Positions 23,761 to 39,149 of a stretch of DNA of 64,000 nucleotides are shown piece after piece. The notes under the pieces were generated by a model. That model had not been told where the DNA came from, ran no database searches, and saw only the letters and a program-made list of their open reading frames with translations. How positions within the stretch are numbered: the stretch's first letter is position 1; every line of letters starts with the position of its first letter. Position numbers and translations under genes: made by a program. The DNA comes from Octopus sinensis (taxonomy: Eukaryota): contig NC_042998.1 of NCBI RefSeq assembly GCF_006345805.1, positions 26,970,001 to 27,034,000 on the forward strand, in the 5' to 3' direction.

Positions 23761-26700
23761 CAACTCGGCAACAATCCCCCTTACAAGCTATACTAACAAA
23801 GCCAGTTTATTCCACTTACACCTACTTCAAATAACATTTCAACATTTCTCACATCATTCATTCTCATTTCCTAAGTTCTTTCATAAGCACTTCCTTTGCA
23901 ATAGACAGACTTACATCATAAATGGATGATCTACTGGTTTCGTATAAGAATGGCAACATTGTATTTATTTCAATTCTATTTTGCAGTAATTTTTCTATAA
24001 TTCTGTAATTCCATTACTTCAGCTCGCCTACGGTTTCTATTTGTTTTCATAATGCTAGTCATTTGATATAATGTTCTCCAGTTTGCTGAGTTGTGTGATT
24101 GCTATCTATTTTATCAACTCTAGAAGGCTGAAAGGCAAGCTTAACCCTTTAGCATTTAAACTGGTCATTTCCGGTTAAAATATTCTACCTGTTTTATGTT
24201 CAAACTGTTAAGATCTGGCCTCTTACAGCAACCCTACAATATCATTCTAAAACCTAAGTTTCTTCATCAAAATCTCAAAGATACATGAAAATGCATGACT
24301 AGTTCAAAACAAAGTGGATAAATAAGCATTATTTTTTACAAAATAATGTGAATGCTAAAGGGTTAAACCTGCAGGAATTTGGATGAGTGGTTCCCAAACC
24401 AGGGTTCAATACGACCCTTAGGGGTCCTTATAATATTTGGTTATAGTCTTTTATTATTTTTCTCTTTTATTTGTTTCAGTCATTTGACTGCAGCCATGCT
24501 GGAGCACCACCTTTAGTCGAGCAAATCAACCCCAGGACTTATTACTTGTAAGCTTAGTACTTATTCTATCAGTCTCTTTTTGCCGAACCACTAAGTTACA
24601 GGGACTAAACACACCAGAATCATTTGTCAAGCGATGGTGGGGTGACAAACACACACACACACACATACGATGGGCTTCTTTCAGTTTCAGTCTACCAAAT
24701 CCACTCACAAGGCTTTGGTCAGCCCAAGGCTATAGTAGAAGACACTTGTCCAAGGTGACATGCAGTGGGACTGAACCTGGAACTATGTGGTTGGGAAGCA
24801 AGCTATTTACCACGTTAAACTTTGTGTAATAAATTGGTTATACTTCTACAACATACAAAATATTTTAATTTTTTTATACAATTCCTAATAATATTCATTT
24901 ATAAAAATACAGTAAGATCTTTGTTTATATAATTGTTTATATATACAGTGAATGGCAATGTAGGTCCAGTAAAGAGGTTCAGATACAAAAAGATGTTGAA
25001 AACCACTGATTTATAGGAAGAAAAATTTTTTAATTCTTCAATGATAATAACAATCAAAATCATTTCTAATTTAGGCATAAGGGTAGCAATTTTGAGAGAT
25101 TACATCCCACCATCCCAATAGCTGACCCTGAGTGGAGCAGTTTTATCAACACTGAAAGGATTAAAAGAAACATTGGCTTCAGTAAGACTTGAACACTGAA
25201 CATAATGAGCCAAAAGAGATACCACAATTTTTCAGTACAAGAGTAGTAGTGCAGCCGGAAAATTCTGAAGAGCAGAATCAAATTTTAGCAGAGTAGAAGG
25301 AGCAGAGACAGAGAAACATAGCTTAGCAATTGACTGGAATTAAAAATATTCAGTAATAAGTTATCGGTCAAGTGGCCAGCTTTCTTCTGAATGCAACAAA
25401 GAATATTTGGGTTTAGTGGAAAGTTACCTGTTTCTCAAAGATGAAATCGACCCAGAGTTAAAAAAAAAAATTACAAGTTTCCTTGATGAAGGTAATTCTC
25501 AGGGAACAGTCAAAAGAAATTATTTTTTAGGAATTTGTACATGTGATGAGGCTGTTTTCCTAGAATCAGTAGCAAGATGTCTTAGGAATGTTCAGCTACC
25601 TCTCCACAATTTGAAATCTTACTGCCTCTGTTTTTATAAGTATTTGCTGGATGAAAATAGGTTTTTACAATGGAATCCTTCAGTGTTGATATATTTTTAT
25701 CTTGACAAAATGTTTTATTAGTATTTTTTCATTCTTAATCTAAGATGATAACCAACTAGTCTCTATATATATAAAGCTGAAGTTGTCTGTGTATGGCAGG
25801 TTTGGTAGCCTTCAACTAACACTATGTCCTCTGAGACTCTGCGGTGAAAGTTGACCAAATTGAGAGTATGATTGAATAAGGCTTGCTTTTCCTTCCGTAG
25901 AAGAAAAGATTCAAATCAGATCATGTTAAGACCAAAAATTATTTACATCATAAAGGTGCTTTTTTTCTATGAAAATCCTTATTTTTTACGATTTTTTTAC
26001 TGCTGTGTCGCCATTTTTCGGTGTATTTCAACCAGAAAAATGTTCACTTAAAGAGAATAACAAGCTACATAATGCAAAATTTTTACTTTTCAAAAATTCC
26101 AATTCTAAAGGGTCGAAACAAAACCAAGCAACGCTGGGCGATACTGCTAGTTTATTTTAAAAAACATTCTACTTAAGTTTTGAGCTTTTAAACATTTTCA
26201 CATTTCAAATTCTGGTAAAGAAAAGTTTGGCACTGTGGTCTCTAACTTTTAAATTAACAGACTTTCTACTGTTTATGTTACGAATACGAATATTCATTAG
26301 AGTCAGTATGAATTCCAGCAGACATATTCTCAGCATTTTGTTTTGCAGAGCCTTTATTCTATTGAAGTCCCCTAACTTGTATTATCTATCTCTGAACTAA
26401 TTCTCAGTAGAATGTTGTAAAGCTAGGCCTTACATTCATTGTATAATCTTACTTGAGCTGCCTTATTACTGTAATTGTCATGTTACTTAATGATAACCTA
26501 AGTAGTATTGTTCAGTCACATACCTAAACTTTGACAATTGTACTCTGAGAGAATAAACACCTGGCTTTAGATATCACTGAAAATCTCTCGTTATACATTA
26601 GCATATTGATTTATATAGAAAATATTTAAATGAAACTCTCAGATTAATTTTATCAGCAAAGAAAAATATTGCAAAATTTAGACATGATAATAATTTGAGA

Positions 26701-27056
26701 ACAATGAATCTTAAGGAAATACCAATGAAAGTTCCACACTTAATAAAGACATTTAATTCTCTCCATAACTCTCATTTGCAATAAAAATAATGTCTATTTA
26801 AATTACATTTTCATTGGTAAAATAGTTTAAACCAAACAGAGGGAGAAGTTTCTTTGTATATAAAACAAATAGGCATCTGAGATTTCAAACAATAAAGTAT
26901 GGTGTGATTGCTACTATTTTTTCTTCTTCAATTTTTTTGAATAAAACGAAAATACAATCATTAAATCTCAAGTATTTGAAAATCTAGAAATAGCTGTAGA
27001 ATTCCTAATTTGAAGTATTATTTTTTTTTTTCTGTTTAACATTTATTGGTTGGAAA

Positions 27057-27100
<44 letters not shown>

Positions 27101-27620
27101 CTCTCCTTATTGTTTCTACATTTCCTTGTTTCATGATTTCCATCTTAATTGAATGGTGCAAAAGAGCAAAATTATTATTATATCATTTTCAACAGAACAT
27201 TTTAATAGGTTATAAAATGTTTAATGAATACAGTTTTATACCATTCAGCATGAAATATTGGAAACTAAAACATTGATATACATTCTTGGTAATTTTCATG
27301 GTTGTAACTTCCAACAGCTCCACGCCAATGTATTCCTTCCCGTAACTGATTTCTCTTAATCTACACTGAAACTCCCAAAATGTCTTTGACTATATATTTA
27401 TGAGGTGACAGAATAGATATACACACACACATATATATAAAGGCATGTATGAAACTATTCTATGAATGCATATACGTGGACTCATGTTTATGAGCTTACA
27501 AAACAGATCAATAGATATAAATACGTAAATATTCAAGTATGCAAATATACACAACCAACAATATGCATATACATACACATGAATGCATATATACATATGT
27601 ACATGTGTATATAAATATAC

Positions 27621-27922
27621 ATCACGTGACCGTGACCGACCAGGCTCTGTTGCTACACATCGCTGGTCACAATGCGCTTCACATTGTTTTAGCCTTCAAA
27701 TGACGCCACCCTGCTGGCTAAGCGAGCAGACCAACAGAAGAAAGAGTGATAGAAAGTTGTGGCGAAAGAGTACAGCAAGGATCGCCACCATCCCCTGCTG
27801 GAGCCTCGTGGAGCTTTAGGTGTTTTCGCTCAATAAACTCTCACAACGCCCGGTATGGGAATCGAAACTGCGATCCTAAGATCGCGAGTCCACTGCCCCA
27901 ACCACTGGACCATAGTGCCTCC
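27621..27922 (-). mobile_element. tRNA-headed SINE family C
   Basis: Minus head GGAGGCACTATGGTCCAGTGGTT..GGACTCGCG..GCAGTTTCGATTCCC; shares the 5' ~180 bp with 36110-36290. Confidence 0.8.
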
Positions 27923-28276
27923 ACATATATATAATGTACATGTATCTATGTGTGTGTATATATATGTGTATATATATATGTCAATATACAGTATATAAAA
28001 GTGTGTATGTGTGTGTGTATGTAAGTACATACAGACGTACATACATACATACACACATAACTTATTTTTAACTAGTTTCATTCATTAGATTGTGGCCATG
28101 CTGGAGCACAGCTTTGAAGAGTTTAGTTGAACAAATAGACCCCAATGTTTCTTTTTGTTTTAAATCTGGTACTTATTCTAGTCACTTTTGCCAAACCACT
28201 AAGTTCCAAGGATGTAAACAAACCAACACTGTTAGTCAAGTGGTGGTGCTAAACAAACACACACACATAAAAATGC

Positions 28277-28308
<32 letters not shown>

Positions 28309-28657
28309 AACAGAAGCAGTGTTTAGAAACCATCTTCCTTGCTGGCATAGGTTGAACAATTTTGATATGATCTAATAAACCAGAGGACAGCATCAAGCAC
28401 CACAGTCTGCTTAGGTATGATTTCTATAGCTGGATGCCCTTCCTAACCCCATCCACTTTAGTGAGTGGACTGAGTACTTTTTCATTGGCACCACCACTAA
28501 TCAAGCAGCCTTGCATTTCGCAAGCCTAAAGGAGCAAACAGGCCTCCTTCTTTGAAAGGAAAATAGGAGAGACAGAACAATGATTTTTGATAAGATGACA
28601 AGGAGGGAACCTAAAGTATAATGACAGAAACAGATTTATAATGGCAAGAGTGTAGAA

Positions 28658-28703
<46 letters not shown>

Positions 28704-29593
28704 GTATTTAAGAATATATTTATATATATGTATATTTATATATATATACATGTATATTTATATGCCTGTTTGTATGTGCTTATATATATATATATATGTA
28801 TATATACATGCAAAAATGAGCTAAGAAAAGTAACTCGTGAATTCTTGATTTATTAAAATTATATCCTCTAGAGAGAATGTGTTTCAATTACCAAAAGGCA
28901 ATTGAGACCAGCGCCATATAAGAAGGGGAGATAATCACAAATATCAAGAAATCATAACACGCTATTAATCTTTTTAGATTGCTCTACAAAATGTAATGCT
29001 TACTTATTTACATTGTTTTGAATCTATTAAACATTGTCTTGTAGCGTTGAGATTTCAGGGATGTGATTGTTTATTTTTTAGAATGACATTGTCAGAAAGG
29101 TGTTAGAGGCCTGAGCTGGTCAGTTTGGACATAAAACAGGTAGAACATTTGTGCTGGATATGGCCAGTTTGGATGTTAAAGGGTTAAGGGAAATTACAGG
29201 CTTATTCTCTGGAGACAATAATGACCGTTGTTGACATGTGTTTCTGTTAAAATAGGTTTTGTGAGCATAACAACTGCCCAATCATATGACCATGGAACTT
29301 ACACATATACAATATAGGGTAGCACATACTTTTGGCCAAAGTAATTTGCAAAATTTAAAAGAAAACGAAATAGGAGAAATAACTCAAAGCAGTCAATGGC
29401 TTGTAAATGTGTGGGGGGTAGGGTAGGAACAGTTGTATGGTTTAGAAGTTCATTTCCCAATTATGTGGTTTCAAGTTCAATCCCATTGTGTGGTATCTTC
29501 TACTCTAACCCTGAAATGCCCAAATTCCTATGAGTAAATTTGGTAAGAGGAAACTAAAGGAAGCCTGTTTTTACACACACACACACATATATG

Positions 29594-29645
<52 letters not shown>

Positions 29646-29682
29646 TCATCATTGTCAGTTAACATCCACTTTCCATGCTAGC

Positions 29683-29717
<35 letters not shown>

Positions 29718-30167
29718 ATATATATATATGTATATACACACACATATCTATATCTAAATATGAATACAAACATGTAGACTCATAGAGATGGATATTTAAA
29801 TTTACTAACATACATACATGTTTGTGTGTATATGTGTTGGTGTGTTTATGTCCCTGTAACTTAGCAGTTCAGCAAAAGAGTCCAACTGAATAAGTACTAG
29901 GCTTACAAAGAATAAGTCTAGGGATGGATCTGTTCAAATAAAGGCAGTGCTCTAGCATGGCTGCAATGAAATAACTGAAACAAGTAAAAGAATAAAAGAA
30001 TATATATATGAGTGTCTGTGTGGTAAGTAGCTTGCTAACCAACCACATGGTTCCAGGTTCAGTCCCACTGCATGGCACCTTGGGCAAGTGTCTTCTACTA
30101 TAGCCTCGGGCCGACCAATGCCTTGTGAGTGGATTTGGTAGACGGAAACTGAAAGAAGCCTGTCGTA

Positions 30168-30201
<34 letters not shown>

Positions 30202-30418
30202 TTTGTATTTGTGTGTCTGTGTTTGTCCCCCTAGCATTGCTTGACAACCGATGCTGGTGTGTTTATGTCCCTGTTACTTAGCAGTTCGGCAAAAAGAGAC
30301 CGATAGAATAAGTACTAGGCTTACAAAAGAATAAGTCCCGGGGTCGAGTTGCTCGATTAAAGGCGGTGCTCCAGCATGGCCGCAGTCAACTGACTGAAAC
30401 AAGTAAAAGAGTAAAAGA

Positions 30419-30515
<97 letters not shown>

Positions 30516-32112
30516 GATAGATAAATAGTTTGGTATACAACAAATACACTCACACACACATTGAGAACACTTACTTTTTATTCTTGTATCTCATTATCAG
30601 TTAATCACCACCCTTTCTCTACATAATGATGTCAGATTAAGGGAACCCAATTACTATATCATCTACTGGCTAGTTATCCATCTTATCATAATTTGTATAG
30701 TCTCAGAAAAGCCAACATTACAAACTGGTGATAACTGATGAGGAGGAAGAAGAAGAAAACAAGATGAACATTGGCGATGATAATGATGAGGAACAATCCC
30801 AAATGCTTGAATTTCTTTTAAACAAACTATTTATTATTAACTTGCTTTAAATTATGGCAAACCTCCTCAGGCCAATAATACCTGTTAGCTACACAAGTCT
30901 ATTTCCAGTAATAGAAAAAAGTCTTGAGGCAAGTGAAAGAATAGAACCCAGAATTTATCAACATATTATATACAACACTTACAATGCAGCATCAACATAC
31001 AACAAATACACCATGCAGCCATTTAAGTGTACACAAAAATATGCATGTTTGCAACAGAAAAGCCCTTGAAATCATTTCCAAGCAGGGAACAAACAGAGAT
31101 GGGAGGAAATGAAAAGATTTGGAACACTGATGCAGTTTATGCTGTTGAGTAGATGAGGAAGATGACAATGGTGACAATAATAACGATGATGAGGATGGTG
31201 GTGGTGATGGTAATTACATTCCAGAGCATAAAGAGCACAGAAATGTTTTGAAATTATCCCAATACAACAGTCTCTAATATTTCAATTAACAAATGTTAAA
31301 AGGTCACAGCTCTTAGCAACAAATTCATATCTTCTGCATTAATAATAAACCACTTATAAACTATATTCTTAGAAGGGGGGAAAAAAAGGAAAAAAATATG
31401 TTTGGTAACTTTAATTTTAAAATAAAAATATGTAATTTTCAATGCTTTGAGAAAATTTAGTTTTTGCAAAAGGAATTATTTTTAATTAGTAAAAACAAAA
31501 TGAAAAGGGAGGAAAAAAAAAATCTGCCCTTACTCATGTTCATGAAGTAATAATAATCTAAGAGTAAGTAATAAAGTTACAACACAACTGATAAGAAACA
31601 TCAACATTTTATTAACATTTTCACAGTGCTATTCATGTATGCATGTAACATGATTCTCAAAAGAGCTGCGAACAAAATATAATATGCAACTATAGAAAAG
31701 GTGGTAAATATTTAAATAACAAATTTCCTTTTAGTCAGCCAGACTTATGGTGTGAATATAATTTGAGGTCAGGCTTACATAGAGAGTTATAGAATAACAA
31801 AGGCAGTATACTCTTTAGAAATAGTAGTACTGTAAGAAGTGGGGAAGGCTTCGTGTTTAATGGTTTCTTTAATCATATTTTTAGACCTATTTCCTTTTCT
31901 TAATTTAATTCTGTTTTCATTAGTTTTTCATTTAAAACTAATTTCTAGAGCATAATATAAACATTTTCAATTTACAGATATACTTATTCTTCTTAAACAT
32001 CTTTCATTTTCTCGATCCTTTTTCTCGTGAATTATTATAACTATGCTTCAGGCATAAATTTTCAGCTCCATCTCATTACTTGTTAGGTTTGTTTTATGTG
32101 AACAAAGCTTTG

Positions 32113-32455
32113 TATATATATATATATACATACATACATACAAACATACATATATATATATATACACATATATATATATACACATATATATATATACACA
32201 CATATATATATATACACACACATATATATACACACACATATATATATATACACACATATATATATATACACACATATATATATACACATATATATACACA
32301 CATATATATACACATATATATACACATATATATACACATATATATATACACATATATATATATACACATATATATATATATACACATATACACATATATA
32401 TATATACACATATATATATATACACATATATATATATACACATATATATATACAC

Positions 32456-32506
<51 letters not shown>

Positions 32507-32560
32507 TAAATAAATAAGTACATACACAAATATATAAATATGTACATACATACATACATA
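32113..32560. repeat. Long degenerate (TA)n(CA)n microsatellite
   Basis: Read directly. Confidence 0.95.
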
Positions 32561-33039
32561 AAATAAAGTAGATGAATGAGAATATGATACATTTAATATT
32601 CTAAATATTACAATCATATTCCAGTTACTGCTATATCATTTGTCATTCAGATCTAATTGATAAGGTTACAATTAAATACAATAGAAGAGAAATAACAGCT
32701 TGGTAACATTTAACAAAAGGAGATCACAATAATATTTATTCTGGATACATTTTTAATTCAATTCGTACATAGAGTAATTTAACTCTTCACAGAACAAAAA
32801 TTTGTCGTGAATAATTTTCAAATGCATAGAATAAATTCTGCCAACTCCCACCTCATAATATGCACAATGAAGAAAGGTCAACTGAATTAAATATGGTAAA
32901 TTATAGCTGTTTTTATTCTGTCGATGTTGAAATTATGAAAGGCAGTCATAAGTTATAGATTTAGGAATTTAGGAATTTACCTCTGATCCAAAGGCATCAC
33001 TTCGGTTCATAAACATATAGTAATGTTATTCTAGAATAT

Positions 33040-33560
33040 TAAAAATAATGTGAAAGAACGAGCAAATTTCCTGAATCTTAGGGTTCCTGAGGGGATCTAT
33101 AAGATGCTTTGATGCAAACAGAATTGAGGAAAACATCGGAGAATGTAAATCAACTGCAGTCTATTTCATCAATGATTTGGGGTTGTTAATAAGGTGGTTA
33201 TTCAGTAACTGAATTAGATTGAAAGCTCTGGTAGCATATGTCATAGTTTCTATTTTTGCAGTGGAAGCATTCACTGCTCTATAAGAGAAGTAATTTAGGG
33301 TTAATATCTATTTAGAGCTGTTGAGTTTCTTTCCTTTCAAGACTCCAAGTAATTCTGGTGAAAATATGATTTCCTTTTTTAAACAGTTGCATGCTTCTAC
33401 TATTTCTGGGTAGGTGACCAAAGAAAAGAAAACATTCGAAAGCAAAAGTTTAGAGAGAGACAAGGCAAGCTCTCAGGAAATGTACATCTGTACAAACATA
33501 GGGTTGTGACACAGCATCTCTTCATGTGTCTTGAATGGGATTTAATTATCTGTGAGGTCA
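33040..33560 (-). pseudogene. Highly degenerate CR1-like RT fragment
   Basis: Remnants LALSLSKL and LFKKG resemble CR1 ELAxPLSxLF...PIFKKG; many stops. Confidence 0.3.
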
Positions 33561-33619
33561 AACAACATTATATTCATTACATACAGTCTCTCGTTTCATC
33601 TACCAGGGAAATCTTTCAC

Positions 33620-33800
33620 ACTCAACTTAGAATGTATAATCTATTTGTACTGCATATATAAATCAGGGTTGTAGTCTCTCTTGTATATATCAACCAATAT
33701 AATGTGATACCCAATCCTTTACAGCTCTTGCTAACGCTCAGCCAGCTTTGTAAACTAATATTACACATCCAACATACAATTAATTTCAATTCTTTATAAT
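33620..33800 (-). pseudogene. Degenerate RTE ORF fragment
   Basis: IVCWMCNISLQSWLSVS matches MLRWMCNVSVHNRQSVS of the 15424 ORF. Confidence 0.55.
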
Positions 33801-34861
33801 TATAGTAAATTAAAATTGATTGCCCATATTTCACTGAGATACAGCATCATAATTTGTACATTAAAAATAGCATCATTTAACATCCATGCTTACATGCTTG
33901 CATGGGTCAGAAATAATTTTTTGAGGCAAATTTTCTATGGCTGGATGCCTTTCCTGTCAACAAACCTCACCTGTTTCCAAGCAAGTTCATATTTCCAGTG
34001 GTCAGACATATTTCTCACAGAAAACTGGAAACAAACCACATACTTATTTACAGTGGCCACACAGTCAAGATAAGAGTACATACAAACATAAATTTTTCCT
34101 ATTTTACATGTAGCTATTGAGAATAACATTTAGATATATATATATATATAAATATGAAGCTCATATTAGATGAATAAGATTTTCCTCCAATTTTCAAAAT
34201 TATATTAATAGAAAACTAAAGAAAAATTGCTTAAGAAAACTACTCCTCCATAAAATTCCAGAGACAAAAAAGGTAAGATTGTTCCATCTTCAATAAAGAA
34301 AATTTTTATTCTGTACAAAAAAACGATAATAATGTCATTTAAAATTTTATAAACAATATCTTAGTAGACAGAAAAAAAAAGATATATATATATAATATAT
34401 CATCATTTAACCTCCATTTCCCCACTAGCATAGGTTGAATGGTTTGACTGGAGCTGGTTAGGCCAGGGGTCAAACCAGGCTCCATTTTTGTCCTGACATG
34501 CTTCCTAAGGCTGGATGCTCTTCCTAACACCAACATATATATATATATTAGTCATATCTAAAACACATTGTTGAGGAATAAAGAATGGCAAAGAATAGAT
34601 TCAGTTGCTAGCAACTTGAACTATTCCTTGCCATTCTGCCACAGTGAATTTTGGATATGACTACTTCAGGTGCCGTATAGCGAGACTGAACATGAAACCA
34701 TACTGTTGGGTTTCCAGTGGATACTTGCTACATGCAACAATCTTAGAAAAATATTATAATCAAAAAATGAAAATATTCCTTCTCCTAAAAAATGTCATGA
34801 TATAATGCATTAATTATCCAATTCCAAAGGATATGGAAGCAAGAAACTAATAAAAACTCAC

Positions 34862-34999
34862 CTAGTAAATGTCATCATCCATGAAATATTCAAATGGTTT
34901 AAAGCTAAATACTTAATTGGAGACTTGGCTGAGTTTGGAAGACTAAACAGTCTCAGCGAAACATAGTCCTCACAATTGCTTCCTCTGTATAACAACCAA
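34862..34999 (-). CDS. Candidate 138-nt exon of unidentified host gene
   Basis: Acceptor CTTTCTCTGATTTTCAG| and donor AG|GTGAGT; length 3n and open throughout in phase 2 (WLLYRGSNCEDYVSLRLF...). Phase 1 gives GCYTEEAIVRTMFR*. Confidence 0.3.
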
Positions 35000-35989
35000 C
35001 TGAAAATCAGAGAAAGTGACTTCAAAACCAAACTATTCAATCACTATAGATCAGGTACATGCCATCAGTAATTACTCAGAGTAGGCAGTTAGTAACTTTT
35101 ATGTAGTAAAACACACAAAAAAAAGCAAAACACAATCGCATGACTGAGTTGAAGGCAGACTTATTTCTGCCTTTAGAGCACGTAAAGAAAACGGTGTTGT
35201 AGGAGTGTATGCAGCACATGAACTACAGCAGTATTATGCATAGCTTAAATACTGAGATTGAAAAGCAGAGGTAAATTATGCCTACCTAATCTACAAAAAA
35301 TATAAAATATTTTGCATTTTATGCAGAGTAATCAGAGAAACCTTCATATTTTTATTGAATTAGGAGCATGTTTTGCCATAAAAGGAAAATGTTACTATCG
35401 ATCTATTTTATTCAAGGTAGGCACTGCCTACCAAGGTGGCATATCTTGCTATAGATCAACCCATCCTATCAATTCTAATACAGAGTACATAAAAAATTGA
35501 GCCATGGTAAAGGGATTTTTAGATCACCCAGTTCATCTTCCTCTCTTAGCTGAGAGATCCTTCTCATGTAAGTTACTTGGCAGCCCTGCGGATGCTGGTG
35601 CCATGTAGCAGGCATTTGTGCTGGCACAATGTAAAAGGCACCTATGCTGGCACCATGTGTAGAACACTCATACTGGCACCATGTATAAATATAAAGCACC
35701 TGTGCTGGCACCACATAAAGAACACCCATACTAGCACCACATAAAAAGCACCTGGTATACTCTGTAAAGTGGTTAAGCATTAAGAAGGGCATCCAGCAGT
35801 AAAAACAATACCAGAGCAGATGACAAGAACCTAGCGTGACTCACTGGCTTGCAAGCTCCTGCCAAAGCGTCCAACCCATGCCAGCCTGGAAAATGGATGT
35901 TAAATGGTGAAGGTGATGAATTTTGAATAGATCCTTCTGGCACAAATTCAACCAGTTTAATAGATAGGTCTTGTCATCATTATTTATTT

Positions 35990-36290
35990 ATGCACCCTTT
36001 TCAAGCCCAGCAAAGCTCACGGGCCCAGTTTCTGTGGTGCATGTGTTCCCCCCCCCCCCCCAGCTGGACAGGATGCCAGTCCATCACCGCGTTACTCAAG
36101 AAACAGGAAGAGTGAGAGAAAGTTGGGGCGAAAGAGTACAACGGGGGTCACCACCACCCCCTGCTGGAGCCTCATGGAGCTTTAGGTGTTTTCGTTTAAT
36201 AAACCCTCATAACGCCCAGTCTGGGAATCGAAACTGCGATCCTCCGACCGCGAGTCCGCTGCCCTAACCATTGGGCCATTGCGCCTCCCC
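35990..36290 (-). mobile_element. Chimeric SINE: family C head plus family D-like body
   Basis: 36110-36290 matches 27740-27922; 35990-36100 resembles 3835-3922. Confidence 0.7.
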
Positions 36291-38217
36291 AGTCATCATG
36301 CTCAGGTTAAATATTCATCACAGAAAACAAAATCATTTCTTCATTTTCATTGTCAGCTACTTTACATCAAACACCAACTGAAAATATTTTGAAAGAAACA
36401 CTGATCATTCCTATTCTCATTATAATTCTCCATTTCCATCACACAAAATGGAATATACAATCTTCTTTCAACATCTGGATATTCCTTTTTATAGAAACAC
36501 AATTACTGCCCAACAATGATTTTAAAGTAGCAGTATCTGTACCAATTCATTCAATCATCATTATATCTTTTATCTTTTACTTGTTTCAGTCATTAGGCAG
36601 CTGCCATGCTGGGGCACTGCCTCAAAGAATTTCTACTTGAGTGAATCAACCCTAGTACTCATTTTTTTTAAAAGCCTGAAACTATACTATTACACTCTCA
36701 GTGTGGTTGGCATTAGGAAGGTCATCAAGCCACAGAAAACCATGCCAAATCAGACTGGAGTCTGGTGCAGCCTTCCAGCGTGCCAGCCCCAGTCCAACCA
36801 TCCCAACCCATGTCAGCATGGACAACAGACGTTAAATGATGATGATGATAGTTATTCTGTTTGTCTTTTTTGCTGAACTGCTAAGTCACAGGGTGAGGGA
36901 GATATGCAGACACAAAGTCACACATATATACAAGCTTCTTTCAGTTTCCGTCCACCAAATCCACTGACAAGGCTTTGGTCAACCTGAGGTTATAGTAGAC
37001 ATTTGCCTAAAGTTCCACACAGTGGAACTCAGAACCATGTGGTTCTTACCACACAGCCACACCTGTACCTATATATTTAGATTCCAATGTGCAGGAGAGG
37101 CTGTGTGGTAAGAAGCTTACTTCCCAACCACATGATTCCAGGTTTAGTCCCACTGTGTGGCACTCTGGGCAAGTTTCTTCTACTACAGCCTCGGGCCAAC
37201 CATAATCTTGTGAGTGGATTTGGTAGATGGAAACTGAAAGAAGCCCATCATGTATATATGTATATATATCTATGTGTGTGCATCTGTTTTTGCCCCTCCC
37301 CCTCACCATTTGACAACTGGTGATGGTGTGTTTACATCCCAGTAACTTAGTGGTTCAGCAAAAGGGACTCATAGAGTAAGTACCAGGCTTAAAAAATAAG
37401 TACTGGGGTTGATTCATTCGACTAAAAATTCAATGAGGTGTCCCAGCATGGCCACAGTCTAATGACTGAAACAGATAGGAAAAAAAAATTATACAACATA
37501 TTTTCCAACATGCATAACACAAGAGAGAGAAAAAAAAGCAGAGAAAAGAAACATTTTGGAAAAAAAATATATATATATATGTATGATTAGACAGCTGTCA
37601 CACCAATGAGATATTCAGTGTTTCAAAAAAAAAATTTTATCATTTGTGATTGAAAGAACAAATAGATGTCTAGATTAAAAGGCAACTTATATTATCCCAT
37701 GATACTTCAGTTAAATCATGTGATGATATTAAATATAGTTTTCAAAGTTGTGAATAAAAATTAGCTTAACATAATAATCTATGTCATTAACAAAAGAGAA
37801 GTCTTTAGAAATGAGGATAACAGTGAGATTAGAAGTCTGGAATTTATTTTAAATACAAATTATCATATAAGATTTTATGAGTAACCTACTAATTTATTAT
37901 ATATAGACATTGTAAAGTAACGCTTATTTGCCAACATAAAGTGGCAGTCCTTATTAGGACCAATATTGCTGGTATTTAGCCCCGGAAAACATTGTTTTCA
38001 GCAGGCCGCCAATGCACTAACTGTGTCCTTATATTTTCAAACATATATTCTTTTATTCTTTTACTAGTTTCAGTCATTTGACTGTGGTCATGCTGGAGCA
38101 CTGTGTTTAGTCGAACAAATTCACCGCACGACTTTTTCTTTGTAAGCCCTATATTTACTCATACTATGAATGTGAGTGGCTTAGTGGTTAGGGTGTGTAT
38201 GTGTGTGTATAAATATG

Positions 38218-38263
<46 letters not shown>

Positions 38264-38438
38264 AAAAGTATAGTATTAGTATTAAATATCCATCATGGCT
38301 GATCTTACCAATCGGTTTTGCATAAAGAATATAATGAAGTGATAGGTAACAATCTGATTATATAACTTTACACTCATCAGAGTTAGCCAATATGGAAGGG
38401 AATGTGGCAACTATGTGTGTGTGTGTGGGGTGGGGGGG

Positions 38439-38578
<140 letters not shown>

Positions 38579-38686
38579 TGTACATATATATATGTATATA
38601 TACACACACACTCATACAAATGTATATACATGCACACACATATAAACACAGACACACACACATACATATATATATATATACACATA

Positions 38687-38913
38687 TACAAGAGTGGGTG
38701 CTGAAAAGCTCCTGGCTTTAAGTTCATTGAGAAAGGCCTGGTTGGAGGCAGGCCTAATCTTCCAAATTCTTTTACATGGATTAGAAAAACTGAAGGACTG
38801 CTGCACTCAGTGTATGAAACTGAAAGCAGGATATGTTGAATAAAATCATAATCAACTTATTTTCCTGTATTTTCTTTTACCAAAAGCCAGGAACTTCTCA
38901 GCACCCCCTCATA
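38687..38913. mobile_element. mariner-type MITE
   Basis: GAGTGGGTGCTGAAAAGCTCCTGGCTTT versus AAAGCCAGGAACTTCTCAGCACCCCCTC, TA-flanked. Confidence 0.75.
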
Positions 38914-39149
38914 GAACCACACAATTTCTAATTACACTCTGCAAATGGAAATTTAAATTCTAAAAGTTGCTGTAAGGATGTTCTGCCAACATTACCTGCA
39001 AAGCATTATGTTATGTATAATTACATGTACAATTATGGATAATATATGAGAGAACTGAAGCAGAAAACATGAAATTTAACACTGGAAAATTTCAAGCACT
39101 TTACTATCAGTCCATAAACACACACCAACAGGGATACACAGGAACCAGA

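Noticed and set aside
25407-25721. 104-aa ORF
   Set aside because: TTG start, poly-A run, no recognisable motif or splice signals.
30734-30760. CTGATGA...GAAA hammerhead
   Set aside because: Purine-rich low-complexity tract with no stem II.
32048-32617. Long ORFs of 145-189 aa
   Set aside because: Translations of (TA)/(CA) microsatellite; the same applies at 12037-12290, 38358-38727, 48201-48659 and 60272-60493.
32981-33030. 50-nt minus-strand exon (TAG|...GAG|GTAAAT)
   Set aside because: All three frames contain stops and the splice signals are weak.
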